DNA of 64,000 nt from Octopus sinensis (Eukaryota), in contig NW_021835504.1 in the NCBI RefSeq assembly GCF_006345805.1, forward strand, positions 1 through 64,000. The letters run 5' to 3'. Below, piece by piece: positions 54,168 through 64,000 of the stretch (its first letter is position 1; every line of letters starts with the position of its first letter). The notes under the pieces are model-generated. The model was not told where the DNA came from, did no database searches, and saw nothing but the letters and a program-made list of their open reading frames with translations. A program made the translations under genes and the position numbers.

Positions 54168-54545
54168 ACACTCCGTCGGTTACGACGACGAGGGTTCCGG
54201 TTGATCCGAATCAACGGAACAGCCTGCTCGTGAAATTAACGTGTAAGTGGTTGAGCACTCCACAGACACGTGTACCCTTGACGTAGTTCTCGGGGATATT
54301 CAGCGTGACACAGAGAGTGACAAGGCGGGCCCCTTGAAATACAGTACAACAGAAACAGGAAGTAAGAGTGAGAGAAAGTTGTGGTGAAATAGTACAGCAG
54401 GATCACCACCACCCTCTGCCGGAGCCTCGTGGTGCTTTAGGTGTTTTCGCTCAATAAACACTCACAACACCCGGTCTGGGAATCGAAACCGCGATCCTAT
54501 GACCGCGAGTCCGCTGCCCTAACCACTGGGCCATTGCGCCTCCAC
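54168..54545 (-). mobile_element. SINE family A, young, inserted in the satellite
   Basis: TSD tgattgatgggg at 54145-54156 and 54546-54557. Confidence 0.92.
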
Positions 54546-55588
54546 TGATTGATGGGGAACGAATAAAGAAAGCCGGCTTTACAATGAAGATGCATGCCTC
54601 TACATGGTTGCTATATCTGCCAGAAATAGCAGCCAAATCTATCTTAAACATACCATCCTGACTTAAAGAATAACGAGATATTCGATAATGTAGATTTATG
54701 TGGATTTAGACACACCACTGATTGACAAACAAAAAGCAAAGAAAGATAAAAATAAACCCGAGATACTCAAGACTGGAACGTGTTTCCTCATAGGCTTTTT
54801 TAGAAGAGGGCTCATTCGAAGTTAAACAATAACGACAACAACAACAAAGTACCAGTTTCGTACTGGGGTCGATATAATCGACTTAATGCGTTTGTCTGTC
54901 CTTGTTTGTCCCTTCTATGTTTATCCCCTTGTGGGTAGTAAAGAAATATATATATACGCCTTACACTCTTTCTTATGGTTTATTCAGTCTCTTAGAATCC
55001 GAAAGAATGGATTTTACTAAAGATTCTTCAAGATTTTACTAAAAATTCCCCGGTGATAGCGTTACACCAAGGGACGTATTAAACCTGGCATCTAAAGAAG
55101 ACAATCGAGATTTTGGTCCTAATGCTTGCAGTGACACCTACAGGTCACTTGGTGGTGTTAAACTGGATGGCGATTAATCAATTTGCCAACCGTCTGACAA
55201 TGAAAGCCTACTCGCCCTTCAATGTACTTACAATTGTGCACGGCCGTTAACATCCGAAACCATTTCAACTTCGCTTACATTGGTATCGAAGACGACTCCA
55301 CGGAGAAACCAAAGAATTCTTATGAATATTCTGTATCTATGTAATTATTTATGTTTCGTGTGTGCACCTGTGATTACGTATGTAATGAAGCCATGTTTTC
55401 CAGGTTTTGCTTTTCGAATTTCCCCTCTTTTCTAAGAATTTAGACATCAGCAGAGTTTTTTTTTGTTGGCACAGAATTCACATATCCACATTTTTGCCAG
55501 CGTCCACATGTATGTAAATGTGTGCATGCATACACACATGTACATGTTTACATGCATACATAAATTTATACAAGACTACTCTGTTGGT

Positions 55589-55945
55589 GTGGAGGCGCAA
55601 TGGTCCAGTGGTTAGGGCATCGGACTCGTGTTCATAGAATCGCGGTTTCGATTCCCAGACCGGGCGTTGTGAGTGTTTATTGAGCGAAAACACCTACAAC
55701 TCCACGAAGTGGCGAACCCTGCTGTACTCTTTCACCACAACTTTCTCTTACTCTTTCTTCTTACTGTTTCTGTTGTACCTGTAATTTAAAGGGCCAGCCT
55801 TGTCACGCTGAATATCACCGAGAACTACATTAAGGGTACACGTGTCTGTAGAGTGCTCAGCCACCACTTGCACGTTAATTTCACGAGCAGGCTGTTCCGT
55901 TGATCGGATCAACTGGAACCCTCGTCGTAAGCGACGGAGTGCCAA
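55589..55945 (+). mobile_element. SINE family A with small internal deletions
   Basis: gtggaggcgcaatggtccagtgg head through to the gacggagtgcc tail. Confidence 0.88.
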
Positions 55946-56199
55946 CAAAAAAAAAAACTTCATGAATGTTTTACATATTTTGACAGTACCTCTTGTAACT
56001 AATCTTTTCATTTGTCGTGTTCTTTCTGGTTTTATGAAAGCCAACTTTTCAAATTTGCTACTGAAGCAGTCAGTCACGTATCCATCTGCTTCAATAATTT
56101 TAGATAGAAATCTTAAAATTATTGTCCGAATTAACTAACTGTAGATTTCTCATTAGTTCGCCATAGATGTTTTTATTTTCACTAATCTTTAACATTACG

Positions 56200-56860
56200 T
56201 TATCATCTACTGGGAAACAAATTCCAATTATTATGAATAGCTTCTTTTCTGTGTCGCCAGATCATTATGTTTTGTCTGCAGTGCTTGCTGATAAGTGAAG
56301 ACTGGATAGAGACTTTCCACCATCGTTCTTTCCTATTACACTCGCCTATACACCACACATCTCTATAGCTTCTTATATTTGTCACTTCTAGGTTATCCTT
56401 TCCACAAATTGTCTTATGTAATGTTCAAGCCACGACATCATATCCCATCGATAATATCGTAATTTCATTTTTTTTCTATAACACCCATACTAATGTTATA
56501 TGTGACATTCTCAATGCTAATTCCACAGAACGTGTCAATTGTACCGAACGGGGGTTGCATCCAGTTGACTTACCTGTATCCGTATCCCTTCTGTACAGTA
56601 GGTATTTTGTGACTGTATCCTGTTTCGTATCGCAAAAATCATATCCTTCAGAGCGAAAGCTAATGTCCCGGTCGTTAATCCATGTTAGACTATTCCAGTT
56701 GTCAATGTTGCTGTCATTTTGAAGCCCTCTGAGGATAAAACCTTGCGTGACCTTTTGCTAGTATTTATGCAGCTTTTCTTCTAATGACCTGTTCAATCGA
56801 ATGGATTTGATGCGACATTCAAAAGCTGTTTGGATGGATGTCAAGCTGACGCCTTTTTTT
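56200..56860 (-). mobile_element. Highly decayed RTE-type LINE 3' fragment
   Basis: Minus-strand remnants CGISIENV...MGV.IEKKMKLRYYRW and a D..L.L....A.DR..W-like C-terminus; many indels. Confidence 0.45.
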
Positions 56861-56883
56861 TTTTTTAACTAAAGGTGATTTAC

Positions 56884-57190
56884 GGAGGCGCAATGGCCCA
56901 GTGGTTAGAGCAGCGGACTTGCGGTCGGAGGAACGCAGTTTCGATTCCCAGACCGGGCATTGTGTGTGTTTATTGAGCGAAAACACCTAAAGCTCCATGA
57001 GGCTCCGGCAGGGGGTGGTGGTGACCCCTGTTGTACTCTTCCGCCACAACTTTCTCTCACTCTCTCTTCCTGTTTTTTGAGTAACGCTGCGACGGACTGG
57101 CGTCCTGTCCAGCTGGGGGGAACACATACGCCACAAAAACCGGGAAACCGGGCCTATGAGCCTGGCTAGGATTGAAAAGGGCGACGTTTT
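56884..57190 (+). mobile_element. SINE with family A head and alternative tail
   Basis: 14-bp TSD taaaggtgatttac at 56870-56883 and 57191-57204. Confidence 0.9.
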
Positions 57191-57514
57191 TAAAGGTGAT
57201 TTACATCACTGGCATGTGTTAATAATTTTCGAGTTTTAACATCAATAGCCCAGATCAATAACCCAGAGTGTTGAAGAGATTAGGGTCGAAGTTTTTTGAA
57301 GCTATCCCAGAAACCAACACCCTTCATCTTTATTTATCTTTTTTTTTTTCATGAAATTGTCGTCTGAGGTACCTTAATTTTCATGACATTTTATCTGGTG
57401 TGGGGAAACGATAAGATTTTCTAGGTGGGGTCGTGAAAATGTAGAGAATAGAAAGAAGATTCAAGTACTCATTCCGCAAGCCATATTGACTTTATTGTGG
57501 ACAAGCATTTTTAT

Positions 57515-57549
<35 letters not shown>

Positions 57550-58214
57550 TTTTTTTTATCTCACAACGTGAGATATCCAGCAATATCTGTGTATCACGAT
57601 TTCTGAAATCGCGATACACAGATATTGTTTTGAGCTAGATTCCATTGTTCGATGCTAGATTCCCTTGTTCGAAAATGTAAGGTCACAGATCGTGTCGTAT
57701 TGCCAGCTGGAGACGACATCTTCTGGGGCTAAATTGCAGTAAAATTACTCCTAAACCAGGACTGCCATGTTATGTTGGCAAACAATCTTTAGAACAAGCA
57801 CTTCTATATTTCTGATATTGTTAGATGTGAGATTCTCTTGTGAAAGAGGTTTGCGGTTGTTTAAGTCATATTGCTTTCTATAGTGAATGAGCTCATAATT
57901 TTCTTCGCTCAGCAACATGTCCTTTTGAAAAACCTTATAGCTGTGCTAACTACAATGAATTAAGGCAAGTAGATCCGACATGAGTTTTATCTGGTCATTT
58001 ACTTTCTATCTTGTCAACCAACTCCTTCATTGCGTTCTGAAGTTTAGAGTTGTTTACGAAAAATTTCATTCTGCCATGTTTGTTGACAATTACGATGTGC
58101 TTAAGAGTCTGACTGAATTTCCTTGATCCCCAACAGGTTGAGTATTTTTATTAACAGCAAAAATTTAATTCATCCTAATAGACTCCCACGAATTGCAATG
58201 TTGTATAATTGTTA

Positions 58215-58535
58215 GTGAAGACGCGTAGCTGAGCAGTTAGGTTATTTGGTTCACGATCGTAAGGACCTGAGTTCGGTACCCGGCAGCGCGTTGTGTTCTT
58301 GAGCAAGACAATTTATTTCATATTGCTTCAATCCACTCAGCTGGCAAAAATGAGTAGTACCTGTATTTCAAAGGACCGGCCTTGTCACACTCTGTGTCAC
58401 GATGAATCTCTCTGAGAACTACGTTAAGGGTACGTGTCTGTAGGGTTCCCATCAACATGCACTTTAATTTCTCGAGCAGGCTGTTCTGTTGATCGGATCG
58501 ACTGGAACCCTCGTCGTCGTAATCGACAGAGTACC
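58215..58535 (+). mobile_element. SINE family D with family-A-type tail
   Basis: gtgaagacgcgtagctgag head; ttgagcaagaca; tail ctggaaccctcgtcgtcgtaatcgacagag. Confidence 0.8.
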
Positions 58536-58910
58536 AGTTGTATAGTTATTGCTGGTGTTTTTTCTGCCTCTTTTTTTTTTTTTTGGTTCTTCTGCAGAAT
58601 ATGGTGTTCAACTCTGTCAAAGATCTTGCTGAAATCAATTTATCTCATATCTAACATAGAAAAAAATGTTGTATCATGATGATCATGAAGTTTCGAACGT
58701 GGTATCTGGCGTAAACTGCATAGCGGTGCTAACTGCATTTCGACTCTCTTCCTTAAACATGTAAGATGCTGTAGAAGACGAGCAGAAGCTGCGCTAATCA
58801 GTCTCTACCAAAATCGAAAACAATGCTGGATATAAGTGATGGAGATCGTCGCTCCCCAGCAAGTCAGTTACACTTGATCTCTAGGCCACTTCAAATAGAT
58901 TTTGTGGACC

Positions 58911-59625
58911 TCCGTCGGTTACGACGACGTGAGTTCTAGGTGATTCGATCAACAGAACAGCCTGCTCATGAAATTAACGTACAAGTAGCTGAGCACTCCA
59001 CTGATACGCGCACCCCTACTAGCTCTCAGGGAGATTCAACATGACAAAGAATGTTACAAGACTCGACCTTTTGTTCTCTAGAAAAACGACGACGCCGTGG
59101 GGATCTCATTCTTGCTCACAACATCATAAGCGGAAAGCGTAACCTCTTGAAAGAGCTGTTCTTCACTCCTGCTCCAGAGCGTCGGCTGCGGGGTCACTCC
59201 GAAAAGCTCTATCTGCGAGGATTTTATCTCAATCGAAGGAGAGTGGCTTTCTCCGTCCGGGTTGCGGATCCGTGAAATAAGCTGCCGGACGAGATAGTGA
59301 AGATGCCGACGACCGCTCGGTTTAAAGTCTCTCTTGACCACAAATGGCCTGAACTCCTTACATGAACACCACCCTGTACATAATTCCATGTCCCTCTACA
59401 TGGTCTTGCTTTTTGCTTTTTGAGCCAAAAATTAACTAACTAACTAACTAAAGCTGGCCCCTTTTAAATACAGGTACAACTCAATTTTGCCAGCTGATTG
59501 GATTAAAGCAACGTGAAATAAAGTGTCTTGCACAAGGACACAATGCGCCGCCCGGAATCGAAATCGCGACCTTACGATTGTGAGCTGAATACACTAACCC
59601 TTTAGCCACGAAACTCCAAATTGAT
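58911..59625 (-). mobile_element. SINE family D split by a CR1 3' fragment
   Basis: Tail at 58911-59058 and head/body at ~59453-59625. Confidence 0.75.
59059..59452 (+). mobile_element. CR1-clade LINE 3' fragment with (TAAC)n tail
   Basis: [18 protein letters not shown]...RLRGHSEKL...FSVRVADP; ends in ttttgagccaaaaat(taac)n; same family as 61464-62680. Confidence 0.9.
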
Positions 59626-60429
59626 TAATCTTAAGAGAGGTGCGCGATATTGGTCTGTTGCTTACTACAAGTGATTATTTTCATTGTTTTGTTTTCTTTT
59701 TAGCATTAAGATAACAGACCGAAAAAAACGTTCGGGTGTATTGCCTGCATCTAACGATTTTCTCCAGATATCAGCTATGGAGCAGAGACGTTTGTGTCGG
59801 CACTCCTTCCGGACACTGCTTTACAGAAGTCAGCTATCGGAGTAATATTTAATTTCGTTTATTACCGCCATGACGTTCTCAGAGCGTTAACGTTATGTCA
59901 GAGACGATCAAACAGAATGGTGGAGGGTTTTTTATTTGATGGAACAGACTAAACAGCCTCTTAGTCAACTTTATTTGGAATCACTGAAGACGGCGCTGAA
60001 TCATTCCTGTAGAACCTTCCCCAATTCTTTGTTGTAGTGAATGCTGTTTTCATCAACTAGTCGAACAAAGGGAGGGAAACTCAGCCTTGTATCTTTTGGC
60101 AAGAGACAGGACAGCTTAATGTAGTCTTCTTTGGCACCACTTTCATTATTATTAAACTTTTTCCACAGTGCTTTGTACATGACGGTTTTCTTTTTTCGAT
60201 AAACATACACACGCATTCGCATACTGGCGCGCTCCTATACATATATGTGTATAATTATGTATGTGTATGTAGGTAACTGTGTATGTATGTATGTATGCAT
60301 GCATGTATGTATGTATGTGTATGTATGTATGTATGTATGTATGTATGTATGTATGCATGCATGCATGTATGTGTGTATGTATGTATATATGTATGTATGT
60401 ATAGATAGATAGATAGATAGATAGATATT

Positions 60430-60482
<53 letters not shown>

Positions 60483-60484
60483 CC

Positions 60485-60600
60485 ATATCAACAATTTCGT
60501 CAACTGTTCGGTGACAGTCCCCCAAGATCAGTTCATGAATTTTCATGTTTTAGTGACGACGGTGAATTAGGTCTATTTTCATTGATATTTCTTTAAAAAA
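60485..60600 (-). mobile_element. Mariner N-terminal (HTH) fragment
   Basis: KIHELILGDCHRTVDEIVD resembles the mariner V..LI..DRR.TV.EIA motif. Confidence 0.5.
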
Positions 60601-61126
60601 AAATGGAGAGCTTTTTTTCTTTTTTTGCGTTTGAGCAGAGAATCGCAGATAGAAATGCACTCCATTAAATTTGTTTCTGTTAAACTATGGGGCATCCAAA
60701 CATTAAAGTATTTCACGTATCCAAGTGTTTTTCAATGCCTTATAACACACGTATGAGATATGTAGGATATCTCTGCGATATCTCGTGTCATGTGACCTTG
60801 TTTATGTTTTAAATCTGGTCATCATAAACGACTGTAGCTCTGCCGGAACGTCCACGGCCTTCAGGATAAATAATTCTACTTCTAAATCTAGCAAATCACC
60901 TACGAACAATCCTCTCAGCTGTGGCACTGTTTCCATAAACTACACGTCTTTTTTTTTTTGGCATTTTGTACCAAGATTTTTTCCTTTCCGGAAATAAAAG
61001 AGTTACAAATGATTTACCACCATTTCACTTTTAATATAAAAAACAATAGAAATAAACAATTCACACAGTTATCAAATAGAAAGCCGTGTTGACTTGTCAC
61101 CAATCAATAATAAAATTTATATGTTA

Positions 61127-62737
61127 CTAGCAGTATCGCCCGGCGTTGCTCGGGTTTGTAAGGGAAATAACTATATAAGCATTTTTAGAGATGTAAAGTA
61201 TAATAGCCATCTCAATATGGCTAACCACAAAGGGGGGGCGTTACTGTAGCTTTTTACGCTCTGATATTTAATAATAAATTTTTAGAGAGTTACTTCCCTT
61301 ATATATGCCAAAAATGCATTAAAAATGGGAAAAATTGATGGTAATATCTTTTTTAAATCGTAGACTCATCGTAGACGCGCGCTAATACCCAGAAGGGCTC
61401 GATATGAATCACGACTATAAGATACCCGGTTTTGGATAAACTGCACCGCAAAATGTGGGAGTAGTTAGTTAGTTAGTTAGTTAATTTGGCTCAAAAGCAA
61501 ATAGCAAGGCCATGTAGGGGGACATGGAGTTAAGTACAGGGTGGTGTTCATGTAAAGGGTTCAGGCCACTTGAGGTCCAGGGAGGCTTTGAACAAAGCGG
61601 TCGTCGGCATCTTCACCATCTCATCTGGCAGCTTGTTCCACGGATCCGCAACCCGGACGGAGAAAGCTCTTCTCCTTCGATTGAGATGAAATCGTCGCAG
61701 TAGAGCTTTTCGGAATGACCCCGCAGCCGACGCTCCGGAGCAGGAGTGAAGAACAGCTCTTTCGAGAGTTACACTTCCCGCTTATGATGTTGTGGGCGAG
61801 AATGAGATCACCACGGCGGCGGCGTTTTTCAAGAGAATAAAGGTCGAGCGTCCTCAGCCTTTCTTCGTAGGACAAATTTTTGAGACCATGAACCAGGCGG
61901 GTAGCCAGCCTCTGGACTCTTTCGAGGTGATGTATGTCTTTGAGGAGATAAGGAGAAGAGGCTTGAATCCCATACTCCATATGGGTCTCACCAGCGTGAC
62001 ATAGAGTGGCAGGAATATGGCTGCTGTGAGCACTCCGAATGACCGTCGAATCAAAAACAGAATTCCGCGCGCTTTGTTGGCAGCATGGACGCACTGGGCC
62101 GAAGGCGAAAAGAGGAATCCACCAAGATACCCAGGTCCTTTACCTGATCGGTCCTCTCCGGCAGCAGACGACGACCCGGCTCGAAATCAAGTTGAGTTGT
62201 AGGAGTAGAGCCGACAGGCAGATGACAGCACTTTAACACACGTTCAGACACAGGTCCCAATGTTAGACCACTTCCAAATTTGGTGGAGGCATCGACGAAG
62301 ATCCTCTATACTACCGCGAGGAGCGACCAGTTTGATATCGTCGGCAAATAGAAGGGTGTGTTGCGTGAGGTCGTCGGGCAAGTCATTTATGAAGACTAAG
62401 AACAACAAGGGCCCAAGCACTGAACCTTGAGGCACGCCACTGCTCGCACTGGAGACGTCGACCGCGAACCATTAACTTGAACTTGGAAGGAGCGATCTGA
62501 GAGGAAGGCACCAACCCATCGTACAATATCCGGATGGAACTATATGCTTGAAGCTTGACAAGTAGTAGGCGGGGTGGTTTACCGAGTCAAAGCTTTGGCA
62601 AAGTCCAATAAAACGATGTCAACGCAATCACTATCATCGAGGATGCGCGTCACCAATTCTTCCATTACTAGTAAGTTGGTTAGGAATCTAAATCGTAGGA
62701 GACAGACAGCACATAATCTTACTTTTATATATAAAGA
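61127..62737 (-). mobile_element. Non-autonomous Helitron, interrupted by CR1
   Basis: 5' TC at 62737-62736 preceded by A; 3' CTAG at 61130-61127 followed by T; subterminal hairpin cccg-gcgttgct-cggg at 61139-61154. Confidence 0.8.
61464..62680 (-). mobile_element. 5'-truncated CR1-clade LINE (RT domain to 3' end)
   Basis: [70 protein letters not shown]; (TAAC)n tail at 61464-61483; several frameshifts. Confidence 0.95.
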
Positions 62738-63004
62738 TATACTTCAGCCACGTGAGAAACGAAAGGACGTGTTTACACGATACTGAATGAAAAAACAAAC
62801 GGTACTAACTTCTGTTTCACCCCCCACACACACACTCATATATATGTATGTATGTATGTATGTATATGCACCAGCCATTGCTAGAAATAGGATTTTGACT
62901 CCTGTTTCTAGCAATGCTGGTGCTACTGCACCCTTGGTCATCTTTAGTGACGGTGAATTAGGTCCCTTTCCGTTTTAAATTGCTTCCAGCCATCTTTATT
63001 ATTT

Positions 63005-64000
63005 TATGTATGTATATATATATATATATATATGCATGCATGTATGTATGCATGTATGTATGTATGTGTGTGTATGTATGCATGCATGTATGTATGTATG
63101 TATGAATGTATGTGTGTGTGTATGTATGTATGTATGTATGTATGTATGTATGTATGTATGTATGTATGTACGTACGTACGTATGTATGAATGTATGTATG
63201 TATGTATGTATGCATGCATGAATGCATGTATATATGTATATATGTAAGTATGTATATATGAATGTATGTACTTACGTATGTATATATGTATGCATGTATG
63301 TATGTATGTATGTATGTATGTATGTATGTATGTATGTATGTGTGTGTGTATGTATGTATGTATGTTTGTATGTATGTATATATGTAAGTATGTATGTATA
63401 TATGTAAGTATGTATGTATGTATGTATGTATATATGTATGTATGTATGTATGTGTGTATATATGTATGTATGTATGTATATATATAAGTATGTATGTATG
63501 TATGAACATATGTATGTATGTATATATGTAAGTATGTATGTATGTATGTATGTATGTACATATGTATGTATGTATGTATGTATGTATATATGTAAGTATG
63601 TATGTATTTATGTACATATGTATGTAATGTATGCATGTATGTATGTATGTATGTATGTATGTATGTATGTATGTATGTTTGTATGTAGTATGTATGTATA
63701 ATGTTTGATAAGTGAATTAGCACGAGACTCTTGACGTTGTGTCGTAGCATCTCGGTTAATAAAAAAAGACTACATTTTGTTTCGTTTTGTGTATCTCCAG
63801 TGTGTAAAACCAAACACATACTAACATATCATACATAGAGATAAATACATACATACACACATGCATACATACATACGTACATACATACATACATACATAC
63901 ATACACACATGCATATACATACATACATACATACATACATACATACATACATACATACATACATGCATGCATACATACATACATACATACATACATACAT
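63005..64000. repeat. (TATG)n then (CATA)n microsatellites
   Basis: Two opposite-orientation arrays (~63005-63700 and ~63840-64000) around a unique island. Confidence 0.95.

Larger units (their letters stand above)
53290..54725 (+). repeat. Degenerate tandem satellite, unit ~155-177 bp, about 5 units
   Basis: Recurring gatgcat (53687, 53856, 54033, 54589), tgctagaaatagc and ggatttatatggattaa motifs. Confidence 0.85.
58580..60200 (-). mobile_element. Old CR1/L2-like LINE ORF2 relic, interrupted by younger insertions
   Basis: Remnants RLVDEN...KELGKVLQE*FSAVFS, ENVMAVINEIK...IADIWRKSLDAGNTP, and IDFSKIFDRVEHHIL. Confidence 0.7.

Noticed and set aside
61464-61483. (TTAG)n as a telomere-like repeat
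   Set aside because: It is the (TAAC)n tail of the CR1 element and is also present at ~59435-59452.

Overview
AT-rich eukaryotic non-coding DNA, most likely an intronic or intergenic stretch of an octopus (coleoid cephalopod) genome. The taxon call is an inference from my recognition of the tRNA-derived SINE families and the extreme microsatellite load. No host protein-coding gene can be supported: almost every ORF in the track is a translation of simple repeats. The window is a transposon graveyard. It holds at least four tRNA-headed SINE families (several young copies with target-site duplications, TSDs); RTE, CR1-like and Penelope-like retroelement relics; mariner and Tigger/pogo relics; hAT and mariner MITEs; a Helitron with canonical ends; and a probable solo LTR. 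The most interesting signals are (i) minimal type I hammerhead-ribozyme motifs in three different non-autonomous repeats, one of them a tRNA-headed SINE with a Penelope-type tail, (ii) a series of fold-back/inverted structures and two pre-miRNA-sized hairpins, and (iii) a ~170-bp satellite. All calls were made by eye, with no database searches, and relic boundaries are approximate.
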